Origin: Azolla caroliniana
Taxonomy: Eukaryota; Plantae; Polypodiophyta
Assembly: GCA_043228905.1 (NCBI GenBank)
Contig: JBHGNT010000006.1
Location: forward strand, 22,444,001-22,508,000
DNA length: 64,000 bases
Direction: 5' to 3'
Under the pieces are notes generated by a model, which saw only the letters and a list, made by a program, of their open reading frames with translations, did not search any database and had not been told where the DNA came from. Below are positions 24,296-36,921 of this stretch, piece after piece. The position numbers and the translations under genes are program-made. How positions within the stretch are numbered: the stretch's first letter is position 1; each line of letters opens with the position of its first letter.

Positions 24296-27200
24296 ATGGC
24301 GCATATTCAGAGGGCTGGTTATGATCATGCCATGCCAGATGAATTTGAATTTGCAGATTTTGATGAAGATGAAGATGAATTCTCGGAAGATATGCGAGAA
24401 GATCAATTTGGGTCTGATTTTGATGATGAATTTGATTCGGTGAGCATACTTTCCTTTGCCTCTTTTGGTTCAAATAATCTATTATAACTATATTCCTTGT
24501 TATATGTGATCACCACAAGAATGTTTTTTTGCTGTCTTATTTATTTGTCTATGTAACTAAAATGATAGAATTACTTGTGTGTATATTAGTATATTCAACC
24601 CTGGAATCAGCATGTGTATATACAGTTACTAGGACATGCACATACCAATTCCATGTATAGGTTGTTACAAGTATATCTTGGTAGATGTAACTGAAATACA
24701 TGTGCTTAACAAGGATCATGCATATTCACCTTTTATTTATCTTGGTTTATGTATTCAAGGATTATTCATAACGTTAGGACTTACATATTAAGTTGTAATG
24801 CATAGCAGAGTAGCAGATTGATGGATACAACTGCTGCTCAGGCAAGGCGAGGAAAAGATATTCAAGGGATTCCTTGGGAACGCTTAAATTTTACTAGAGA
24901 AAAATATAGGGAAAGCAGACTTCAACATTATAAAAATTATGAGAATTTAAGTGTCCCACACGAAGAGTTAGAAAAGGTCAGATAATTTATTTGACCTTCT
25001 TCCACTGAGCATTTCATCTTCAAAATAGTTCATGGGTTAATGATTCAACAATCAAGTATCATTTATTGATTGTGAATCTCAATGACAGGAATGCCTGCAT
25101 GTGACCAATGATTGCAAGTTTTATTCATTCAGACACAATACGAGATCAGTGAAGTCCACAATTGTACATTTTCAGGTAACCTCTTCACGAATTCTGTTAT
25201 TATTCCTGATGACAACCGTTGGGTCAGTGAGTTGATAACTCTTCTTGGGCCATTTTGAATTATATAATGGCATTTAGAGATAGTTCCTAAACAGTTTACT
25301 CGTTGTGATGAATGGAAGTGCAAATAATTGATATGTTTGGTTCGAATATCTTCTGTATCATGCCCAATTAATGGTATGTTTTCATGTTCTGCTGCTCTTT
25401 GCAAACCCTTTTAGTATTTGCAACGTGATAAATCGTGTCGCTGTTCTTTTGCATTAATAGATGACATTTAGAGACAAGGGTGAAATTTAGAATTTGAAAG
25501 GCAAATTTGAATGTGGAATGGAAGTTTACCAACATACAAGCTATTTGTAGGATAAACCCAGGCTCGCCGTACCAATTAATTGCCCATATACATAATCTGG
25601 AACAATTCCAAGTACTTCTTTGGCTGCATTGCAGTAGTAAGCCGCATATAACTCTCGTTATTGCCATGCCCAATCTCTGAATAAGGAACGAAGTCCAGAA
25701 ACATTTCTTGTTAAACAAGCCAAGAGGTTTCCATTTCTAGCTCTAATTTATAATGTTAGTAATTGAATCTATTCTACTATATGCAAAGGCCTATATGTTG
25801 GCTTGACATCACACAGAGACTTCATGGTGAATCTAAGATTCCCATGGTCAGTTGCTTAGTTGAGCTCATGTAAAGAGGTCATATAGGAGAGAATGTTGTT
25901 GAAGCATTACCATAGTTTGATCAAGAGAAGATGAAGTCAATATTGCTTGATAAGAAGTGTTTTAAGCTGTCATAGATGCGCTTGTAGTTGATTGGCACTT
26001 TAGCAATTGGCAAATCCGAACAGTTATACAACACTCGAGAGCAAAGGGTCCGAAGAGAGAAGTGAAAGAAGGTGATTAACTTCATTCTTTTTTCATTGCC
26101 ACCATTTACTTAGTCATTTGGCACTTAACCCTTATGAAGTTGCGATGGACAAATTACGACTCCTTTGTAGAAGTCTTAAGTCACCAGAGCTCAGCTGTAG
26201 GCTTTAGCTAAACAATGTCACTTTGTAAATACATAGTAAAGAAGACCAGAAAGAAAGATATATTAATTCTTTTTAAGAGACCAAAATGGCCAATAAGACC
26301 AAACACAAGATTACATCTTATGTGTCGGCTCGTTTTTGAGAACAACAAACCAAAATAAATGTTATATTAATGTCTTTTAGGAGGCCAAAATGGTCAATAA
26401 GGCCAAACAAGTGGTTACATCTGAAGTGTTGTCTCGTCTTTCAGAACAACAAACCAAAATAAATGTTACCAAGTAAAAAGAAGTAAAACCAGATAAAAAG
26501 AGTCTAAAGAATCTTGTTATCTGTACATGTAAAATTTTCAAGTCTGATATATTGTAATTTTTGTCTTTGAAAGATCTCTAGCATAGGTTGATCCAGAATG
26601 AAGAGGTAATGGCCTTTATCTGTCGATGACAATTGCCATCAAAGAATCTGGGCATTGTTTAATCTAGAAATGTTTATTGACGCAATACCTGGAGTAGTTT
26701 TATTGCTCTTTTGAAGCTGAAAATGGAAAACATTATCTTCTAGAAAACTTGAGTTTTCTTGTAAGTTTTATTATCAGTTCCATGTGTAGCTATTCTTCTT
26801 GTAAGGTGCATCTTTCTGGATGAGCCTCAACAGGGCTTAATATTGATATTTTCTAGCAATCAGATGCTTCTTTGCTCAGGCTGTTTCTGGAATCAGCTTT
26901 TTTTTTTTGTTTGAGAAATTTCCCTTGTTAATGGAACTCTTACATTTTTTTCTGGCTTATTTATACCCAGATGACATCACAATGTTAAATGCTTGCACTC
27001 AAATTATTATTATAAATCTTGTGCTATGAGCTCTCTTAAGCATCTAATTGATTTGTTAAAGAAATTTCTCTGTTTCTTGGAATTGTAAGAATTTTCTATT
27101 GGAGTATTTAGAACTTACAAATGGCTTTGAAATATGCTGTACAGCTTAGAAATCTTGTTTGGGCTAGCTCCAAAAATGATGTTTATGTGATGCATAACTC

Positions 27201-29298
27201 ATCTGTTCTCCATTGGTCTCCCATAAACCGGAAGAGAACCGAAGTTTTAAATGCTGCAAGGCCAATTGTCCCATCTCCAGAGGTATGGTTGATTCACAAT
27301 TGTGCGAAATCCATCCTTAACTAGAATTTTTATTTCTTGGAAATTTTCCATTAATCAATGCGTAGTTTTATTCTGCAGGCAGAAAGAAGTGGATGGTCTT
27401 CACAACATGCTATAAGAAACTTGCAAATTAGTAGTATGTGTGTGAAGGGTAATCTTCTAGTTGCTGGTGGATTTCATGGAGAAATGATTTGCAAAGTAAG
27501 TTAAAGCAACCAAGCATGATTATGTAGGGCTTTCTTGTTCTCCTTCATTTTACTCAATAATTAATATTTCATAGTTTCTGGACCGTCCTGGAGTGTCTTT
27601 CTGCACGAAAATTACCTATGATGAGAATGCCATCACAAATGCTGTTGAAATATATGAAAATTCCAGGTATGATACAAGTAAATATACCTGGTTATTTCCT
27701 TGTTATTGAGTTGATGACATATTGATTACAATTTCACATTTTGGAATTACAGTGGTGCCACAAGGGTGATGACATCTAACAATGATTCTATCGTTAGAGT
27801 TTTTGAGATTGATAAGTTTGAAGTACTTCAGAAGTTTTCCTTCCCATGGCCTGTTAATGTACATGCTCCTTTGGCCTTTTTCATTGATATGGTGGTTTTA
27901 TCGTGTTGTGTTCAATAAGGGTTTTCCAGTTTGTACAGTAATGTTATCCTCTTGACTAATATCTCAGCTAAAATACCTGCCTTACATGCTTTTTGACAGC
28001 ACACATCCATTAGCCCCGATAAACGACTTTTTGTTGTTGTGGGTGATAGTGCAGATGGATTTCTTGCAGATAGTCAAACAGGCAAGGTAATGACCTCTAT
28101 GAGAGTTTTGCTAAGAAATAGTCTTATTTCATATCATCTGTCCTCTTTATTAAATATACTTTATGTTGTAGTACGGAAACCGAGCTCATGGTTTTCTCCT
28201 AGAATGGATACTCTAGATAAGATTTTAGGTTGCTGGCACAATAACGAGAATACTGTATGTTGTTCGACATAGGTTCATATCCAATGACTCTGTATCATAG
28301 GACTTTATGATTTTTTGATATGATCTCTAATCCTAAGTCAATTTCTTTTATAGCTTATTTGGTATCTCTTTTCTATGCTGTTGAAATACCGTAGGGTTGA
28401 AATACCATAGGGTCTGTCAGCTCAGGCTGACAAGATTGTATTTTGGTTCATGATGCTACTTGGCACTGGTGCTGTAATGCTCCGGTTTGGTGGTTTTCTA
28501 ATTTGTTATAAACATTTGTTTTTCTTTTTGCAGTTCTAGTCCATGCTTTGTGTGAATATGTTACAAAATGCCTTGGTTTTCTGTTTTTGAAAAATTTAGC
28601 TCTCTGGTTTTTGTTAATGTTTGTGACAGCGCAAACTGCTATATAAACTAGTTTATAATGGTTCAGGTCACATTGAGCAGGCTTACACATGCGAATTCTG
28701 TTAGCTAATATGTAATGATTTTTTCAATCAATCATGATTTTGGTCTATATCGATGTAAACTGCAATATGAAAGCTACATTGAACATTTTTTACTGAAATA
28801 TTTTGATATTTCTTGTTATGCAAGATATTAGAAACTCTAAGAAGGACATATCTAATGTTTTCTTAAATCTTGTTGGTATGCCAGGTATTACAAACTCTAA
28901 AAGGACATTTAGACTACTCTTTTGCATCAGCATGGCATCCAAATGGGCATCTTTTCGCAACTGGAAATCAAGATATGTCCTGTAGACTCTGGGACGTTCG
29001 GAACTTAAGCTCTTCTATTGCTGTTCTGAAAGGACAAATAGGAGCAATTCGCTCTCTTAGGTTCACAACAGATGGCAGATTCCTTGCAATGGCAGAGCCA
29101 GCGGACTTCGTTCATATTTTCGATGTTTACCGAGATTTCACAAAATCTCAAGAGATAGATATTTTTGGCGAGATAGCAGGCATATCGTTTAGCCCTGACA
29201 CGGAAGCATTGTTTATTGGTGTAGCTGATCGGACATACGGAAGCTTGTTGGAATACAATCGACGCCATGTGAATACTTACTTGGATTCCTTATGCTAA
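24296..29298 (+). CDS. WD40-repeat protein, C2A9.03/DUF2415-like, copy B (complete, ~451 aa)
   Basis: Exons 24296-24439, 24806-24976, 25089-25175, 27145-27282, 27379-27495, 27575-27666, 27753-27858, 28000-28086 and 28885-29298 total 1356 nt in frame. Family motifs: acidic N-terminus, DTTAAQARRGKDIQGIPW, HFQLRNLVWA, C-terminal YLDS. Confidence 0.93.
26248..26500 (-). mobile_element. 3'-terminal fragment of the RTEX-like LINE, with a ~115-bp tandem duplication
   Basis: Two tandem units (...GGCCAAAATGG.CAATAAG.CCAAAC...GAACAACAAACCAAAATAAATGTTA) match the reverse complement of 36325-36430; (TTTC)n tail on the minus strand. Confidence 0.75.
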
Positions 29299-31388
29299 AT
29301 GGAGTCGCAACATGGATTTCATTTGGTTTCTTCTTTGCCAGGGGAAAAAGGAAAGAAAGCAAAATTAAGAGTTGAAATTGTGCTGTTGGAAAAACCCACT
29401 TAGTAGTAGAGGGCGCTTCATCAAAGGAGAAGGAATGTTCAGAGTTGAGAGTTATAATAGAGAATGGGTGTAAATGAACCATCTCCTTATATTATTTCTT
29501 CAGGCGACAGGCTCTTGGGAATGTCCTCTTGATGTTATAGCTTTTTTTGTAAAAGAATGTATTTATGGAGTCTGTAGAGAGATGTGTAAAACTCAATTTT
29601 AATACTGATTGTAGTGTTGATACAGGCATGGATTATCATATTATAGAACCGTTTTTCTTTATCGGATGTCCCCCCCGTCTCTGTTATTGTTAGATCTTGG
29701 ATTTGGCAGTGTTGGCAGTGAAGCAACCCACTTCTTTTCTATAAGAAATATTTGTATATAGTGCAATTAATCTATTGGACTTGCTGAAAGAAATTGTGTG
29801 CTTAGCGAATATGAAATATGTATGACTTCTTTACCATCACAAACTATTTATCTGAAGCTGTGTGTGATTCAGTTTTTTTAGTGGGATAGCAGAAGTATAT
29901 GCCAGAGGACAATTGATACATCTTTTGTTGGTTGACCTCTAGAGAAAGGCTTGGAACTTTTTACGGTATGTGATTTCTAACAGCAAACGGTATGTTGGGA
30001 GTCCAAAGCCCAGCTAATCTGATCTGTACCTAAACAAAGCTTGCACGACTTGCCATTTGTCATCTTTCCTAAAAATTGCAATGGACACCTATCAATGTGC
30101 TTTCCATGTGGTTTTATATCCCTATGATTTGTGCATAGTTGATGCTCATGCACATTGTTTGCATTCTTAGGTCGGTGCTATAAATGTAAAGCATGAAGTG
30201 GAAGAATTGGTTCATGTTTTGTAATCCCTTATGGTCGCAAGTATTGGGAAACGATGCCATGGTTGAAGTAATATTTTAACTACTGAAATTAAGACTAAAT
30301 GGTGATCATAGTAGTTTCTTAGTTGCAACTTTGTCACATGATACTAACGTAACTTTACTTACATATTGTGATTCGTTACATGTTCATAATTTGATATTTG
30401 GCTTTGACGTGCTCTTAGATCAACAATGTTCATAAATTGCTAACCTGCACGGGTGAAAGTAGCACTTCCAAAGGATGATAAACACAATTTTTCTCACCTC
30501 TACCAAGAGAAACCTCATCGAAGTTTCCAAATATGTCATTGTGCAAGTCCATTCTTGTGGCAAATCATCGTATGGAACTTGCATGTTTAGTTGACTTGAG
30601 GCATAAAGTGATGTTATACCGTACTATGAGCATTCCTTTTTGTTTGACAAATGGCACACAACATCAAGGTTATGAAGCATGGGTATTAACACTAGTCTAC
30701 CATGTATCTAATGATGGGTTTAAATAATGTAACTTGTGCTTGGTTTAATCGAATTGTTAGAGAGAGGGAATAGTCAATATAGTGCAACACGTTCATTAAA
30801 ATCATGTGGTTTGCGCAATAAATTAGGTCAAGAAGTATGTTAGAATTTTGTTTGTTTACTTTGACATGTTGACATTCACCAATGGTGAGTAGAGGTATGG
30901 ACCCATTTCACATGGATCAAAGACATATTTATCACAAGAGAGTAGATCTACATAAGTCGAAATCTCTAGAGTTTGCACGGCTCCCGTGAGCCATGTCCTT
31001 CGACCCTCGAAAGTGTCAAAGCCCATCAATGACCGAAATCGGTAAGAGGGGATCACACAAGGGGTGCCCAAGATTCCCAAGAGTTAAAAAAAGAGAGATC
31101 AGCACAATCATATCCGTCGAACGAACAATGCAGGTGTCCACAATTGGTTTCTTCTTCTTCTTTTCTTCGTGGGAGGAAATGTGCTCACGGTCAAGAGCAA
31201 ATTCTTTTTGTGTCCAGGGAAATGGCCGAGCAAAGTAGGGTTTCGACTCGACATGTAGTAGGAATAAGCAGGGACTCTGGGATGGGCGGGCGGGACAAGC
31301 AAGGCGGACGGATTGCTAGGGATTCTGGAGAACTGCTTGTTTTGTTGGAGGAGACAAGAGGTGAATGATTGATGAGCCCACAATGTGA

Positions 31389-31432
31389 AGCCATAGCCAT
31401 AGCCATAGCCATAGCCATAGCCATAGCCATAA
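31389..31432. repeat. (GCCATA)7 hexamer microsatellite upstream of STRAP
   Basis: Visible directly. Confidence 0.95.
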
Positions 31433-31863
31433 CCAAACCCCAACTTTCTTCTACTCGGCCAAATCTTAGGAGAGCTTGATTCCAAGCTCAGTCTCCCCCA
31501 TGAAATAACATAACACACAGAGAGAAATAAAAAAAAAAGCCCTTCTGAATTCCTTCTTCTTCTTCTTTTCCCTGTCTCTCCATCTTTCTGTGTCAACCCT
31601 AAGGCTTTTGTCTCCTCCGCGACAGAATCATAGAAGACTGAGAAAGATAGAAGAAGAGAAGAGGAAGAAGAAACAACAAACCCACCAATACAAGTTCTGA
31701 CATCAAGAACCTGGAAGTTTTCTTCTTCTTCTTCTTCTTCTTTTTGCCCTTTTTCTCTATATTGTTTCTTCTTTCTTCTCTACATTTCTCTTTCTGCGGA
31801 GATTTGTTTCTGAAACCCCTAAATAAAACGAGTTCCTTCTTGTTTTTCTTTTGATTTGAATCG

Positions 31864-34800
31864 ATGGAAAAGAAGAAGGTTCAGGTGCCTTTGGTTTGCC
31901 ATGGGCACTCGAGGCCCATTGTCGATTTGTTCTACAGTCCCATCACTCCGGATGGATTCTTTCTGATCAGTGCTAGCAAAGGTAAGGCCAAATATGTAAT
32001 ATGATGTAAGACCGGAGATATAAAAGTATATGATGTATGCGTATGCGTATGTCTATGGTCTGTGTGTGTGTGTGTGTGTGTGTGCATGTGTGTTGGGCGG
32101 TGCCTGTATGTCTTGGTTCATATCTACTGCGTAGGTTTTTCCATTGATGTTCCTGTATTCTTTTCACGCCTTCCACAATATGATGGGCATTTGTATGCCC
32201 CATTTTTATGAACATTTCTAATCTAACATGCTATAAATATTCTTTGTGGGTTTTAACCTTACTTGGAGACAACCAATTAATAATATAATGCATCAATAAG
32301 AAATGACTGGTATGCACATTTCTGTGCCTATATGTATGTGTGTATGTTAATTGTGTCCTGTAATGGAGTATTTGTCAAAAAAGTGTGTATGTACATAGCT
32401 TGGAATATGAAGACTTTAAAAATAAAGTCTATCTGTTTACTTCTTTTTATTCTTGATTATATATTGGTTCTGAATTTCCTTCTGTGTGTGTAGATGGAAA
32501 GCCAATGCTCAGAAATGGTGAAACAGGGGACTGGATTGGAACCTTTGATGGTCACAAAGGTGCTGTTTGGGCTGCTTGTCTGGACACTCCAGCCTTCCGA
32601 GCCGCCACTGCATCGGCAGATTTTAGCTCGTAAGTTGTTTCGCTTGCCTTAATTAGATTTGGTCATTTCTCTTTTTTGAATAATTTTTGTGAACTTACTG
32701 AATCAGCTAAGAAGTCTTGTAATTAGTATAGGGGATCATGAAAGTATTATAGTGAAAGGGATCATACACTTCTTGTAGTAAAAGAGATTGTTTTAACTTG
32801 TAACAATATAGAAAGGATGATCAAAAACTTAAAAGTATGAAAGTGTTTTAACTAAATGGATCATAAATGTCTTGTAACAAAAGATTTCAACTTGTAATTA
32901 CAAAAATGATTGTGAAAGTTTCATAACAAACTTTTTCTTCTGTGTGGAAATGACAAGAATATGTCACCTGTTAGAGGTGGGTGCAATTCAATGCCTTAAG
33001 TCCAGTAGTCACTGTCATGGTGACCCAATAGATGAGATGTAGACCAGATATCCTGTCATGCCATTCATTCCTCTATCACATTGCATGGGTGTCCATAGTC
33101 TTATCTCTCTCTCTCTCTCTCACCCTTCTAGGATGCTTCTCTCTTACTTTCAGGCAGATTTACATGGTGGAGCTACCCTGAGAGGTGCTTCCTACACTAC
33201 AGTTATGATTCTCGTTCTCTACGAACACATAGTAGGCTTCACAACCAACATATCTTTATTATTTTTGGAATGCATAACAGGTCCCCACCATTTGTTTTCC
33301 TTTAGTGCCCTTTTGCATCTGTAAAAATACTCACTTCTTCGGCATCTCAAACATTGGTGGTTCTGTCACGTATACCTCCTCCTTGAGATGCCGATTTGAC
33401 ATCCATTTGATAAATTGGCCATCCTCTTGAAGCAGCCAACTTTATGACCATTTGAATTGTCATCATGCGAGCTGTCGGGGCAAATGTTTCTTGTACATCG
33501 AACCCTTCGAACTGCGAGTACCCTTGCGCTACTAGCCTAGCCTTGAATTTCTCCAAAGAACCATCAGCTTTATACTTTGCTTTCCACACCCACTTGATGC
33601 ATATCACCTTCTTCTTTGTTGGTCTCTCTACCAACTCCCACGTGTCATTTTTTATGATGTTGTCATATTCTGATATCATCTGGGTCGGACATGGCTTCCT
33701 CCACCGAGGTCGGCTCATTCACTGAACCTATGATGTCCACCATCAAAGCCATGTGGTCAGAGGTTCTCCCTTGCTCCTGTATTCTTCTTGATCTTCGTAA
33801 TCCATCAATTGAAGTTTCAGAAAACTCAACTTTAGGAGTATGATCATCGAAGAGTTGTTGAGCCCACTTAGGTATTTTCTTTACATGTGGCACTGGCACA
33901 GGCTGAACCAGTGAGCCATTTCCATTGGATAGTTGGGATTGGGTGAATACTTCTTCAGTTGATGAGGTAACTTGAGACTCTCTGTTCTCAGCTAGCTGTG
34001 GTCGTTCCTCATTGAGCACCACATTGCGGCTTGTCAATATCTTTCTTGCCTCTGGATTGTAGAGTCGATAGGCCTTTGACTCTTCACTATATCCGAGAAA
34101 GATACACTTCTTGCTTTTAGCATCCTACTTCTTTCTGCTCACATCTGGAACATGTGTGTAGCACGTACACCGAAGGGTTCTTGCCTGAATAAGCTTCTTG
34201 GGGTGTTTTCCCTTGAAGTGCCTTTGTGTAGCTCTGATTGAGGATGTAAACTGCTGTATTCATTGCTTCAGCCCAAAATGGGTCGGGCAGTGCTTGTGCC
34301 TTCAACATACACGTAGCCATATCAACAACTGTTCGGCTCCGACATTCGACAACTCAATTTGGTTGTGGGGTGTAGGCAGTTGTAAGTTGGCGCTTAATTC
34401 CATGCTCTTTGCAATACTCACAGAATATTATTGATAAGAATTCTCCACCTCGATCAGAGCGTAACCCCTTCACTAACTTTCCGGATTCCCACTTGACAAG
34501 CTTATGCCATGTTTTGAAGATTTTAAAAGCATCAGCCTTCTCCCGAAGGAAGTAAACCCACATCTTTCTACTGAAGTTGTCGACTACTAGCATATAGTAG
34601 AGAGATCCACCCATTGCAAGAGTCACCATTTTTCTAGAGAGGTCGATGTGTGTTAGCTGTAGAGGAGTCTTTGTCCAATTTTGGCTCTCTTTTGGAATGG
34701 CTGATCTTTGATGCTTGCCCATCATACAAGCATCACAAACATGACTTAAAGTCAAATAGGGTTGGCAACCCAACTACCATATTCGACTTCTTCAACTATA

Positions 34801-36886
34801 AGACTTCTGCAAATGTGCACATTGTCTCTCGAGAGCACCAAGGGAATAGGATAAGTTTAATGGATCGTGTTGCTACTGTGACAAAAAGGGTCACACAATC
34901 AAGGATTGTCGGAAGAAGATGGCGGATGAGAAGAATGGATCTAGTAAGACTTCTTGGAGAGAGCCCGAGTCCGCCAACAATGTGGTAGATGAGCTTGAGT
35001 TATGGGTCACAACTAAAGAAGTGTGTTCTTCAATTGACACTCAAGTTGTCGACGACTCTTGGATTCTCGATAGTGGAGCATCCCAACATATGACTTGTAA
35101 TCGTGATTGGTACAGCTCATGGACACCTCTACAAGAGCCCATCAATGTTGTCGTCGGGAACAATGCTCGATGTCTGGCCAAAGGAACCGGAGTTGTCTCC
35201 CTGTAAGCAACAACCGGTGGGACAAAGCATCTCTCTCCCGTGTTGTACATGCCAGATCTCAAGAAGAATCTATTGTCCATTTTTGCACTGACCGATAAGG
35301 GTCTTGATGTTAGATTCAAGAAGTCGGGTGCAAAAATAATAGATTCTTCTAGCAAGGTTGTAGGAATAGGGGTAAGGTGCAACAATCTCTATGAGCTGAG
35401 CGCGTTTACAAATTCTACTGACCACTACACAAGTACTAACACAAAGCAATGGTATGAGAGATTTGGGCATCTCAATGTTGTTGTGTTGAAGGAGTTGAAG
35501 AAGTCGAATATGGTAGTTGGGTTGCCAACCCTATCTGACTTAAGACACATTTCTTACATACATCGGAGGATGGATTTTACATCAGGCCACCTTATATGCA
35601 CATACATCTATCCAATGCGCTGCGTAGTGTGATAGGGCAGCTGCGAATTTCATCACATCAGCTACAAATTGAGGTAGGAAGATATACACGACTACCTCTA
35701 GAAGAGAGAATTTGCCAATTGTGTCATCAAGGAGTGGAATCTGAGGAACACAATGTTTGTCATTGTAGTGTCTTTTATGAAATCAGAGGGAGATACCATT
35801 GCCTCTTTAAACAAGGCTTTGGCCCACTACGCAAGGTAATGGAATATGAGGACCAACGATGCCTAGGACTTTTCTTGCTAGAGCTCAAGAGACATCGGGA
35901 AAAGTTGTTGAAGAATACAGCCACACAAGCTTATCCACAGAGAACAATCACAACTTTCTTTAGCCCCATCACTCCTAATGCTACAAGTCCAACATGGGAT
36001 ACACAAATGGGCTCCAGACCAGGACATAACAAAGGGGTTACAATTTATTGGGAAATAGCAATTTGCCATGCACATAGGCCCTGGCCCCATGGACCACAAC
36101 CTCGACACCCTTGTCATCGACAAATAAAAGCCATTATCTCCTGCCATCGTAGGTGCTTCCCTCGCCTCGAAGACATTTCCATTTTGGATCGGCCTATGTT
36201 AGAGATCTTTCGAAGACAAAAGCTAAAATATACCTAACTTGGGAATCTCACATGTGGCAAAAACTAGATTCCCTTGTTTCTTTTCTTTTCATCTTATTTA
36301 CTTTTATATTTATTGTGTGATATTTATTTTATTTTGATTTGTTCTCAAAGATGAGACAACATTTAAGATGTAATCTCTTATTTGGTCTTATAAGCCATTT
36401 TGGCCTCTTAAAAGACTTTAATATTTCTTTTTTTCTTTTTTTTTCTTCTCCATCAGCGAGCTTCCCTGGAGCAAGCTGATTTTCGAGGTTTTGTATCCTT
36501 GTATAGTTTCTGGTCTCATACTGGCTGGCCAATATGCTCCAAGCTTCATGTGCCCTGGTTGTATGTTGCACTAATGTTAGTACAGAGTCACATGCACCAG
36601 TGACTACGGTACACAACACATCATCATTCCTTCTCTTCCAGGCTCGAAGTAGATCAACATTTGGATGGATTGATGTGGTAGGGTGCGCAGGGTCATAGGT
36701 CACCATGGGCTCAAGGTCTCCTCCTATGGGTCCCCATGATTGCCTCCAACAACTCGTAGGAGTCCAAAATGGTAGACATTTTGAACTTCCATAGAGTGTA
36801 GTTGTTTCCATCTAGCTTTCCATCAGACAATGGAGGTGGGCGAATGCGCAGTGGAGCAACTGCAACATTCGTGGACAAGGCCATTG

Positions 36887-36921
<35 letters not shown>

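Noticed and set aside
32969-33337. TGTTAGA at 32969 as a missing left LTR of the Copia
   Set aside because: Similarity to the LTR stops after 7 nt; no PBS, PPT or TSD.
36329-36811. 160-aa ORF as a novel fusion protein
   Set aside because: Copia gag N-terminus running by chance into the antisense LINE tail; the upstream gag is frameshifted.
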